A DNA stretch of 64,000 nt from Holosporales bacterium (GTDB taxonomy: Bacteria; Pseudomonadota; Alphaproteobacteria; JAJTHO01). The position numbers and the translations under genes were made by a program. Location: contig JBKCUA010000033.1 in assembly GCA_046318675.1 (NCBI GenBank), positions 2,858 to 66,857 on the forward strand, given 5' to 3'. The notes beneath the pieces are model-generated. The model made no database searches. It was given only the letters and a program-made list of their open reading frames with translations, and had not been told where the DNA came from. Positions 11,127-19,753 of the stretch are shown piece after piece; position 1 is the first letter of the stretch; every line of letters starts with the position of its first letter.

Positions 11127-11937
11127 TAGTGCGATTTTGGCGTTGCCGCCGCTGCGGGAGGTTATCGGTGCGGCAAAGCTCTCGGCGGATAAACGTCTGG
11201 GGCAGAATTTCCTCATGGATATCAACCTGACCCGCAAGATTGCCCGGCAGGTAGGGCAGGGTGGTATCATTCTCGAGATTGGCCCTGGGCCTGGCGGCCT
11301 TACTAGAGCCTTGTTGTTGGAGCATTGTGTCCCTGTGGTCGCGGTTGAAAAAGACCCGCGCGCCGTGGCGGCGTTACAGCCGTTGGTGCAGGCTGCCGCC
11401 GGGAGGCTGACGGTCATCGAGGGCGACGCGCTGGAGTTGGACGTGCTTGGTTTTGCGCCGCCGCCGTTGTGGGTGGCGGGAAACCTTCCTTACAATGTGG
11501 GGACAGCGATTGTCCTGCAGCTTTTTCAACAGATACATCGTGTCGCCGGGATGGCACTGATGTTTCAGCGGGAGGTAGCCGAGCGCCTCGCGGCAAAGCC
11601 CAGCACCCCCGCGTACGGCCGGCTTTCGGTGGTGGCGCAGGCTCTATGCCGGGTGGAGAAATGCTTTGATCTGCCCTCCAGTGCCTTTGTGCCGCCCCCA
11701 TCCATTGTCAGCCGGGTGGTGCGCCTCATCCCCCACGCGGATGCAGCGGTGGTGCCGCTGGAGGCGTTGGCAACCCTTACCAAGGCCGCCTTTGGCCAGC
11801 GGCGCAAGATGCTGCGCCGGAGTTTGGAGCCATTGTTGCCGCGCCTGCCGCCGCTGGAGGACGCCTTTTTGCAGCAGCGGGCGGAAGACGTGACGGTGGC
11901 ACAATACGTGGCGTTGGCGCGGAAGCTTATTATTTAA
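11116..11937 (+). CDS. rsmA: 16S rRNA (adenine1518/1519-N6)-dimethyltransferase RsmA/KsgA
   Basis: 273 aa; LGQNFLMD motif, SAM-binding EIGPGPGGLT; follows pdxA as in the conserved pdxA-ksgA pair. Confidence 0.88.
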   Translation: MLDNSAILALPPLREVIGAAKLSADKRLGQNFLMDINLTRKIARQVGQGGIILEIGPGPGGLTRALLLEHCVPVVAVEKDPRAVAALQPLVQAAAGRLTVIEGDALELDVLGFAPPPLWVAGNLPYNVGTAIVLQLFQQIHRVAGMALMFQREVAERLAAKPSTPAYGRLSVVAQALCRVEKCFDLPSSAFVPPPSIVSRVVRLIPHADAAVVPLEALATLTKAAFGQRRKMLRRSLEPLLPRLPPLEDAFLQQRAEDVTVAQYVALARKLII

Positions 11938-13870
11938 ACCCTAAAGCACTGGCGATGCCTTTCACCGCGCCTCCTACGGCATCGGAGCCAGCTTTTGCCG
12001 CCGCCGTTGATCCTGTTGCTCTGGTCGCATTGGCAGCTTGTTCCAGCATTTGTGCCGCCTGTCCGGCGACGTTGGTATCCATCCGGCCGGCATCGCTCGT
12101 GGTTTGCGGGTTGACAAAGGCATCGGCGATCTGACCTGTTGCCTTGATGAGCATATTGCTGGTTATACCAATGAAGATGAGTTGAAGCCAGACATCGGTG
12201 CCAAGGGCGTTTTTGGATGGGGTAGTGTTAATAGCGTCCACCGCGCCACTGGTCAGGCCGATAATGGCCGCCTGTATCACCAGTTCTGTGGAGCTTTGGA
12301 TCATGCCTTTGAGGGCGGTGGTGGTGATAGAACGCAGGCCAGGCAGGACAAACGCGGCAATAATCAGGGGGCTAAGCATAGCCAGCAACAGCCAGCGGAT
12401 AATTACATCGGCGGCCTGGAGCGGGAAAAGCAAATACATCTTACCGAAAAACCATAGTATTGGGGCGGCACTGAGAATCATCATAATCAAACCAACAGGA
12501 CTGGTCCATGATCCATCCCACAAGGTTTGCAGAGCCTGCATCAACACCCCGCCGATGCTGCGCTGCATGGCACCGAGGAGACAGGCAGCCGACTTGGCCA
12601 TGGCTTTTCCATCGGCACTGGCACTGTTGAGGTTGCCGCAGAATTCGGAGACAACGCCGCTCATCCCCGTACCTTCCGAGGCGGTGTTTGTTATTATCCC
12701 GGCGGTTTGCATACCCGAGACGACGATGGGCGCATACACATAATGCCAGAAATTTGCAAAACTGCCCAGGAACAAACCCACAAGGAACACGATGCCCATA
12801 CGGCTGACCACCATGTTGTTGAGGTTGTTCATCTGTGCCATGGGGGTAAAGGGGGTGTAGATGCGGGCGACGTGAAATAAACTCCACACTACGGCAAAAA
12901 TGCCCAGCAGGCCGAGCATGGCATTTTGCAGGGCTTTGAAAACCTTCTGGCCATACGTATCACTAATCTCAAGAAGTTTGGCGATCACCTCGCATCCCAT
13001 GCAAGCCTGGATTAAATCTTCGACGGCTAATGATTTTTTGAGTTTATCTATGCTTTTACCAAGTGCTTTCTGGCTGGCACTTTGGGGGTCGTTCATGCCG
13101 CTGCCGGTGGTGGTGCTGGCTTCGCCCCGCTGTTTGGTCAGATCAAGGGCGCAGGCGGCGACCCCTTGTTTTTTTAAACCGGCCAAGGTGGCGGCATCGC
13201 TTTTGGGAAGTTTTTTGATGTCCTCGCTGCTGAGAGTGTTGTTAATAAGATTATCACACGTGATCATATCCTTACAAAAATGGACGGCGGCGGCACCGAT
13301 AGGATCGCGGGCTTGCAGGAAATCCGTGGGGTTAGTAGCGCAGCCGGGCACCGCAAGGTTGACATAGCTTTCTAAGGCTTGCTGTGCGCTGGATGTTTTA
13401 TCAAAAACAGCTTTGCAGGTGGGATCAACCCGGGCATTGCGAATGGCGAAGGTGAGCTTGCTGGCGCACTCGGCGGCGTTGGCCGGGGTTGATGCCGCGG
13501 GCAACGATTTGGCATCGGCAGAAGCCCCCAATTTTTCAGCAACAACTTTTTTGACATCAGGATCGGGATCGTAGTCCTCAATGACAGGGCCGTATTGTGG
13601 GGTTTTCTGCATACCACCAGTCCCGCACTGATTGGAGCGATAATAAACATTTTTGGCTACGTCTTCAGCTTGGGTACGCAGGAGAGCGGCTTTTTTCGGG
13701 TCTGTACTCTGCAAGGCATTGATTTGAGCATTGATACTTTGCTTGATTTTATTATTACATTGTGTGAGGCCTTGCCCCTCTAACCTCCCCGGTTCGGCCA
13801 GGGCGGGCAGGGCACCCAATAGGATAAAAACAGTTAATAAAACGCGGATCATTAGCTCTTTTTCTCCCAC
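11930..13870 (-). CDS. polytopic membrane protein, VirB6/TrbL-like topology (paralogue A; Cys-rich periplasmic N-domain)
   Basis: 646 aa; signal peptide; roughly 300-aa hydrophilic Cys-rich domain; 6 predicted TM helices; hydrophilic Ala/Gly-rich C-tail; shares CxxC...YGxK.F, FW(H/R)YVY.P.VV and LSP motifs with the two upstream ORFs. Confidence 0.4.
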   Translation of the reverse strand: MGEKELMIRVLLTVFILLGALPALAEPGRLEGQGLTQCNNKIKQSINAQINALQSTDPKKAALLRTQAEDVAKNVYYRSNQCGTGGMQKTPQYGPVIEDYDPDPDVKKVVAEKLGASADAKSLPAASTPANAAECASKLTFAIRNARVDPTCKAVFDKTSSAQQALESYVNLAVPGCATNPTDFLQARDPIGAAAVHFCKDMITCDNLINNTLSSEDIKKLPKSDAATLAGLKKQGVAACALDLTKQRGEASTTTGSGMNDPQSASQKALGKSIDKLKKSLAVEDLIQACMGCEVIAKLLEISDTYGQKVFKALQNAMLGLLGIFAVVWSLFHVARIYTPFTPMAQMNNLNNMVVSRMGIVFLVGLFLGSFANFWHYVYAPIVVSGMQTAGIITNTASEGTGMSGVVSEFCGNLNSASADGKAMAKSAACLLGAMQRSIGGVLMQALQTLWDGSWTSPVGLIMMILSAAPILWFFGKMYLLFPLQAADVIIRWLLLAMLSPLIIAAFVLPGLRSITTTALKGMIQSSTELVIQAAIIGLTSGAVDAINTTPSKNALGTDVWLQLIFIGITSNMLIKATGQIADAFVNPQTTSDAGRMDTNVAGQAAQMLEQAANATRATGSTAAAKAGSDAVGGAVKGIASALGFK

Positions 13871-15189
13871 GGAATATTAAATTTTGGTTGGGGTATGTTG
13901 GGGTTTTTGAGCATCTCGGTGACGGTGGGGATACGTTGGCTGATTTGTGAACGGAGTTTTGTACCAATGGCCGCCGGATCCTGGGCAAAGGGGAGCAGGT
14001 TTTGCAGTTGTTTGCGGGTGCTATTGAAGTTGTTACCGATGCTTTTGCCAAGGCGTTCAAAAATTTGCATGGCAAACATTGGCATACGCATGGTTGCCGG
14101 GACTTGGGTGATCTGGTTACTCCAACCCGAAGTTTGCTTTAAAACGGCACCAGTAGCAATATATAATGCCAACAGACGCCAGTAATCAGGCGATAAAATA
14201 CCGTTCTGTAGGGAAAGCCCGGCAACATTGGTGGCATTACCCATATCCAGAACATTTTTAACAATCACCATAAAGACAGCAATCACCCCGCCGGTGAGCA
14301 TGATGTTAATCCCCGACGCAAACAACACCTTGACGGCCAGCGTCGTAATCTGACGGGAAATGGGAAAGATAAACGATAAGGCCAGTACAGGGCTTAAAAT
14401 CGTTATTATCGTTAAATTAATAAGAATGTCCACCACTCGGGCAATGATGAGGAGCAGCAGCGGTGCGGCCGCCGCAATCAACCCCAGCCCTGCCGTCCAG
14501 CGCAGCAGAGACTGACCCCCGCCGCCAACCGTCGCATCCATGTAGCTGACCGTTTCGTTGCCTTTCCACAGATCGTGGCCGAGCTTGATGCCCATGCCCA
14601 GGACGCGCTGCATGATTTCCACGTTGCAGAGAAATTTCTGGGTGGCGTCGCTGCTGACACTGCCGGGGGAAGAGGCGGGAGGAGTGCAGGTGGTGATTTC
14701 CTTATTGCCAACGTATCGGGCGGCGTTGTTGATATAGGCTTGGCTGACTTTACTGCCGACGCTGACGATCATGTCCTGAATGCGCCAGAACAGTTGATAG
14801 TTTTGCACAAGGCCGATGACAATCATGGTTAAGATAAGCTGTTTCACCAGACCGTTGAGCACCTTGGGGGCTTCCTGTCCGCCAAAGGGGCTGAACAGTT
14901 GCCCCGCCTGAAACAGGAACCAGAGGGCTAAAAAGATGCTCAACGGGGTGGCAATCTGCCCGGCGATGAGTTCAAAGGCGCGCTTGCCGTAATCCTGACG
15001 CACGTCGTCCATAAGCTGGAGCAGGGAACACACCCAGCAGGTGCTGTACCAGTCGTCTTTGGTCGGGATCGTCAGCTTGCCGGAGGGGGAAGAGACGGTG
15101 GCCGAATCACCAGCAGCAGCCGGAGCAGGCGTCTGCGCGGCGGCAGGCACGGCAAAAAACAAGAGTAAAAAGAGGAGGAGCGCGCGCAT
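13852..15189 (-). CDS. polytopic membrane protein, VirB6/TrbL-like topology (paralogue B)
   Basis: 445 aa; signal peptide, CWVCSLL...YGKRAF motif, 5-6 TM helices, hydrophilic C-tail; 19-nt overlap with downstream paralogue, 1-nt overlap with upstream ORF. Confidence 0.4.
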   Translation of the reverse strand: MRALLLFLLLFFAVPAAAQTPAPAAAGDSATVSSPSGKLTIPTKDDWYSTCWVCSLLQLMDDVRQDYGKRAFELIAGQIATPLSIFLALWFLFQAGQLFSPFGGQEAPKVLNGLVKQLILTMIVIGLVQNYQLFWRIQDMIVSVGSKVSQAYINNAARYVGNKEITTCTPPASSPGSVSSDATQKFLCNVEIMQRVLGMGIKLGHDLWKGNETVSYMDATVGGGGQSLLRWTAGLGLIAAAAPLLLLIIARVVDILINLTIITILSPVLALSFIFPISRQITTLAVKVLFASGINIMLTGGVIAVFMVIVKNVLDMGNATNVAGLSLQNGILSPDYWRLLALYIATGAVLKQTSGWSNQITQVPATMRMPMFAMQIFERLGKSIGNNFNSTRKQLQNLLPFAQDPAAIGTKLRSQISQRIPTVTEMLKNPNIPQPKFNIPWEKKS

Positions 15190-18100
15190 TAGTTTATTCC
15201 CATTTTTTCGAGTTTTTCTCGAACACCGTCATTCCATTCTTTTTTGGATTCTTCTTTTTTTGCGGCTCTGGCGGCAATTTCTTCTTCTTTTTTAATAATT
15301 TTGTCAGATGCCTGATCTAAATATCTCCTGGCGAAGGTGTCGTATGTTTTAATGGCAGTCTGGACATCGAGTTTTTCTTGGGTGTAGAGCTCTGCCTGTT
15401 TCTCGTTGAGGCGGAGTATTTCTGCTTTAACCTCCGTTTTTTCCCAGCTTAATTTGCTGATCTCTTTGGCAATCTGCGTCGTCATGTTGGCGGGAAGGCC
15501 AGCGGCCAGCATGGCGGTGTTCTCGCGCAGTTTTTTCTCAATGTCGTTGAGGCGGGCGTCGTTAAGGCGGATGCGGTCGCTAAGTTCTTCGTGTTTTTTG
15601 TTATACTCTTCACGGATATCGTTGCGTTTCAGGTCGCCTTTGCCTTCATAGTCTTTCTGGGCGGTTTGAAGAATAGCTTGTTTTTTATCATGGTATTCGT
15701 TGATGTTGCGTATTTTATCGTCACGCTCGCTCATCATGCGGGTAATTTCTTCTTGCCCACTGCGAAGAATAACCTGCCGCAAGGCGCGAATGTCGCCGAG
15801 TTCTTTGGCAATATCGGCGGCGGGGGTTGTAGTGTCTTTACGCAACACATCCTCGCGTTTTTTGAGATCGGCCAGCTCTTGTTTAACGGTATTTTTCATG
15901 TCCTCGATGTTCTTATCCACGTTGCTTAGTGCCTGGTGCCGCTGGGCTTCGTTAGTCATTTCGGCGTGCTTGAGATCAACCATGCGGGAAAGGTTGCCGG
16001 ACCCTCTATTGGCAAGGGTTGCGCCTATTGTGCCACCCCTAAAAAATCCTTCGGCGACGTTAGAAAGTCCGGTGGCATCGGCCATAGTTGTTACAACTGT
16101 TCTCGGTGCGGCGATAATCACTGCGCCAAGGGTAGTAGCAGTAGTTGTTAAAGCCCATTTTCCGATTTCCATTGGTGCATTTTTTATATCATCAATGATC
16201 CGGTCTCTTGTGCCTTTGGCGATTTCACCCAAAGCATTGGTAACCCGATCTGTTGTATCTTTGATGGGTTGCGGGATGGCATCACCGACTTGACCGCTAA
16301 CGGTAGCGACACGTTCACGAACATCACGCAGCAAATTATCAAAGTCTTTTTTAAGGCTTTGAAAATCTTTGTATGGTTCCCGGGTAAAATTGTTGGTGCT
16401 TAAAAAATTGTTCACCCATTCTAAGAATTTTTCAGGCATTTGCATGGTTCCGGTGACAACATATTGCCGGGCGGCTTCTAGATACTGTAGGCCTGAATAG
16501 AGCGCGTCGGATACTTTACCGATATTGCTTGCAGTGCCAGTGGCGAGCCATTGGGCGTTATGTATGGTGCCATTAACAAGCCAAGCAGCACCGCTTCCAA
16601 CGCCTTGCAGCACATTTAAGGTGACGTTAAGAATTTGGTTGTCAACGCGCATTTTGTCGAGTCCTTGTGTAATGCGTCCCCCTAAATCATTCAGGCCATT
16701 GAGTGCATTTTGGCTTAATCTTCCGAGATCATTAAGTCTATCACCCATATACCCCCCCACCGCTCCCCCCACCGCCCCGGCACCGTCTTTGAGTGCATCC
16801 ATCCCTTTTGCCACCAGCTCATTGTTGGCGAGGGCGTTCAACGCGCCTTTGCCGGCAAAGCCGCCAAGGAACCCGGCTACCCCCGCGCCGGCATTCACGA
16901 AAGGAGTGAAGGCAGCACCCATTCCCCCTAACGCCCCGCCAAATGCGCCGAAAAGAGTATCCGTTGTTGTCCTTGCTAAGACGAGGCCTTGTTTAGCTAT
17001 CCAAGGGCCAAAAATCAGCAGCCACGTCGCCGCCATGGCAAAGGTGAGGATGGGCTGTCCAGATTGGCTGCTGCCCTGACCTGAAGCAATCGTGGCGTTG
17101 GGCACGGGTTGGCCGTTGAGGTAGGGGATAGGATCAACAGGATTTCCGCTATAGGGGTTGCTTTCGTCACCACCAAGGCGTAGTTCAAAATGCAGGTGAG
17201 GTCCGGTGGAACCACCCGTGTTGCCAACGTGGGCAATAATCATGCTGACATCCACCTGCTGGCCTTTAGTAACAAAAATTTTATCAAGATGCGCGTAAGC
17301 GGTATTATATCCACCATCGGGGTGATGAATGACGACGAGGTTCCCATACCCCCCTGTACCATTATCATCGGCTTTAATGACAACCCCCGGGGCGGCCGGT
17401 GTAACAGGTGCTCCGATAGGACAGGCGAAATCCACCCCTGCATGTAATTTCATTATACCTTTTATAGGATGCTTTCGCATACCATAACGACTACCTTTAC
17501 CGCCTATGGAGCAAGTACCACCTTGAGTAACTAATTTTATGGGATAGCGCAAACTGCCGTTAAAGGAGGGGGTGCTGCCGCCTTGGGTGGGATCAACGCT
17601 GGTGGTGCTAGCTAGGGGATCGTGGCGGACGTAGCTGCTCAGGGTTTTTGTGGTCGTGGCTGGTGGTGCTGTGGGCGTGTTGCCCTGCATCGCTCCTTGC
17701 ACTGCCGTTGCCGCTGTGCTGGCCGCCCCGGCGACGGCACTGCCTGCTTTGTTCATGCCGGCCTGGACGGTTTTGACGGCTTCTTGAATCACCCCGGCGG
17801 AGAGGACGGCGACAACTGAGACAACGGATAGGGTTAATCCTGCCTCCAGCAACCCTTTAAATCCCGTGTTGGCGTAGTTGCGGGTGGCGGGAAAACAGTA
17901 ACAGCCGATCAGCGCCGGGGACAGGCATGAAATGATCACCCAGCGCATCAGGGCATCAAGGATCATCACCGCAAAGGTTATCGGCGGGGTTATGCTGACA
18001 ACAAACACAATCACGCCGATAAGGAGGTTGTTGGCATTGGCACCAGTTTGGGTGATCATGTACCATCCGGTGGCAATGCCATAGCTGAAGGCGTTTTGAA

Positions 18101-18803
18101 AGCTGTGTACCATGCATTCGAGGCGGTATTGCAGTGAGCGTTCCTCTTCGCTTAGGCCACTGATGACGGTTTTGCTGCACTTATTGCCGTCTTTGAGGGT
18201 GAAGGTATCAACGGTGTATTGGCCGTTTTGCCCTTTGGTGCCCTCGGTCAGCAGGGCGTTGGACATATTAATAGAGATATTGACCACGGGCTTGTAAATA
18301 TACCGCCAATACAAATCATACGACGTCGGAGCCAAAAGAATAATCGAGACGGTGAGCACCAGTGCGCCCTTGGTGAACAGGGTGCTGGCAATGGCGTTGG
18401 TGCGGTTGGCCGGAGCAAAGGGGAGCAGCATTTTGGCCACCTGCACCAACGTCCACAGAACAAAGGCCACGCTCAAGAATGTTGCCACGCCCGATCCGAA
18501 CATGGGCAGCAGTATTTTGCCGTACTGCATGGAGGCGGCGAACAGGCGGCTGATAATACCGCAGGAAAGACATACTCCCGAAAACCAGTTCATGGTGTCG
18601 GTAATGGCGGCAGAGGAGGAGGTCGCAGAGGATGTGCTCTTGGCGGCGGGGGGTGTTGCGGTTGGGGGTGTCGTCGTTGTGGTAGCTGTCGCCGCCGGTG
18701 GAGTACTGCCCGTCGCCATAGCGGGAGACACCCCGCAAACCAGCAGACCAAGCCCCAAAAGGAGCACACCAAAAAAACCAGAACGGGTAAAATACCTCGG
18801 CAA
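15189..18803 (-). CDS. VirB6/TrbL-like membrane domain fused to M23 (LytM) peptidase domain, Gly-rich segment and long C-terminal coiled coil
   Basis: 1204 aa, TTG start with AGGGG SD; N-terminal signal peptide + Thr/Pro-rich stretch + TM bundle homologous to paralogues A/B (VCLSCGI...YGKILLP); M23 motifs HAGVD and HLHFE (about 17110-17470); Gly-rich repeats; last roughly 260 aa heptad-rich charged coiled coil. Confidence 0.55.
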   Translation of the reverse strand: MPRYFTRSGFFGVLLLGLGLLVCGVSPAMATGSTPPAATATTTTTPPTATPPAAKSTSSATSSSAAITDTMNWFSGVCLSCGIISRLFAASMQYGKILLPMFGSGVATFLSVAFVLWTLVQVAKMLLPFAPANRTNAIASTLFTKGALVLTVSIILLAPTSYDLYWRYIYKPVVNISINMSNALLTEGTKGQNGQYTVDTFTLKDGNKCSKTVISGLSEEERSLQYRLECMVHSFQNAFSYGIATGWYMITQTGANANNLLIGVIVFVVSITPPITFAVMILDALMRWVIISCLSPALIGCYCFPATRNYANTGFKGLLEAGLTLSVVSVVAVLSAGVIQEAVKTVQAGMNKAGSAVAGAASTAATAVQGAMQGNTPTAPPATTTKTLSSYVRHDPLASTTSVDPTQGGSTPSFNGSLRYPIKLVTQGGTCSIGGKGSRYGMRKHPIKGIMKLHAGVDFACPIGAPVTPAAPGVVIKADDNGTGGYGNLVVIHHPDGGYNTAYAHLDKIFVTKGQQVDVSMIIAHVGNTGGSTGPHLHFELRLGGDESNPYSGNPVDPIPYLNGQPVPNATIASGQGSSQSGQPILTFAMAATWLLIFGPWIAKQGLVLARTTTDTLFGAFGGALGGMGAAFTPFVNAGAGVAGFLGGFAGKGALNALANNELVAKGMDALKDGAGAVGGAVGGYMGDRLNDLGRLSQNALNGLNDLGGRITQGLDKMRVDNQILNVTLNVLQGVGSGAAWLVNGTIHNAQWLATGTASNIGKVSDALYSGLQYLEAARQYVVTGTMQMPEKFLEWVNNFLSTNNFTREPYKDFQSLKKDFDNLLRDVRERVATVSGQVGDAIPQPIKDTTDRVTNALGEIAKGTRDRIIDDIKNAPMEIGKWALTTTATTLGAVIIAAPRTVVTTMADATGLSNVAEGFFRGGTIGATLANRGSGNLSRMVDLKHAEMTNEAQRHQALSNVDKNIEDMKNTVKQELADLKKREDVLRKDTTTPAADIAKELGDIRALRQVILRSGQEEITRMMSERDDKIRNINEYHDKKQAILQTAQKDYEGKGDLKRNDIREEYNKKHEELSDRIRLNDARLNDIEKKLRENTAMLAAGLPANMTTQIAKEISKLSWEKTEVKAEILRLNEKQAELYTQEKLDVQTAIKTYDTFARRYLDQASDKIIKKEEEIAARAAKKEESKKEWNDGVREKLEKMGIN

Positions 18804-18879
18804 CCAAAACCCCTGCTGTTTACACTTTATTAATATCTAGCAGGGAATTTAGAATAATGCATCAAAAAAGTGATAAGAA

Positions 18880-19731
18880 TCACTTTTTCTGGGTGATCTT
18901 TTTGTCGAGAAAGGTTAGAAGTCTTTTGCAGGCGTGCTCAAGGGTTGTGATCACTTGGCGCAGGCGGAAAAAATCATAGCCATGCACCACGGCCCAAAAT
19001 GCGCCCACCAGCCATAGAATAATAAGCAGTACAGCCGTCAGAGCATATTGATTGGGAATGGTATAAGCACCATAGTACGCTCGACTCAGCGCGTTCCAGT
19101 ACCGATCATCAAAAATATTGAATCCTTTTAAAAAAGCATAGGCACAGAAAAAAGCGGTCAGCAGCCAAACCCCCGTCCACGCGGCCACGCCCAAAAAGCT
19201 ATGAATTACAAACGTGATGGGTTTGCCCACCCGCCGCCACACTGGCGCGAGCAGGCGCGCCAAAAGCTTGAGGATAGTATGCAGCGGATGGCGGGACGGC
19301 GCGGGATCGGGACGTTGGGACAGCGGCGGCGGCACTATCGGCGCAAAAGGGGGCGGCGGCGGAGGTGGTGTCGGTGTTGGGGGGGGCGGAGGAGGCGGAG
19401 GCGCGCTGGGTTTTACCTCTGTTTTAACATCGCTTTTAGGAGCCACTTCCTTTTCCAGGCGGCGTTTTTCCAAAAAGCGCGCCAGTTGCGCCGAGGGGGA
19501 ATCGTCGTCGTTTTCTTTTGTTTCCGGCTCTTTTTCTTCTGGTTTTTTGGGTGCGGCTTTGGGGGCTGGCGGCGGGGGAGGCGGAGTTGGCTCAGGCTTT
19601 TTAGCTTGTTTTTTTTGCTCTTTTTGTTGTCCTGCGGCCTCACGTTTTTCGAGGCGTTGCTTTTCCATGCTGGCGCGCAGACGTTTGGCCAGGGGCGATT
19701 CGTCGTCAGGGGCTGGGGTGTCGTCGGCCAC
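18880..19731 (-). CDS. proline-rich membrane protein with internal duplication (hypothetical)
   Basis: 283 aa, GTG start 22 nt after lpxB stop; two repeats of [S-P-x-A-x-R-L/F...EKR.LEK...polyPro]; two C-terminal TM helices. Confidence 0.45.
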   Translation of the reverse strand: MADDTPAPDDESPLAKRLRASMEKQRLEKREAAGQQKEQKKQAKKPEPTPPPPPPAPKAAPKKPEEKEPETKENDDDSPSAQLARFLEKRRLEKEVAPKSDVKTEVKPSAPPPPPPPPTPTPPPPPPPFAPIVPPPLSQRPDPAPSRHPLHTILKLLARLLAPVWRRVGKPITFVIHSFLGVAAWTGVWLLTAFFCAYAFLKGFNIFDDRYWNALSRAYYGAYTIPNQYALTAVLLIILWLVGAFWAVVHGYDFFRLRQVITTLEHACKRLLTFLDKKITQKK

Positions 19732-19753
19732 GGGTTATCTTACCGCCGTGATT

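Noticed and set aside
11930-19731. Considered calling this a type IV secretion system locus.
   Set aside because: Only VirB6/TrbL-like membrane proteins are present. No VirB4, VirB8-B11 or VirD4 ATPase/coupling-protein ORF exists anywhere in the 64-kb window. The call is kept as an orphan VirB6-like module.
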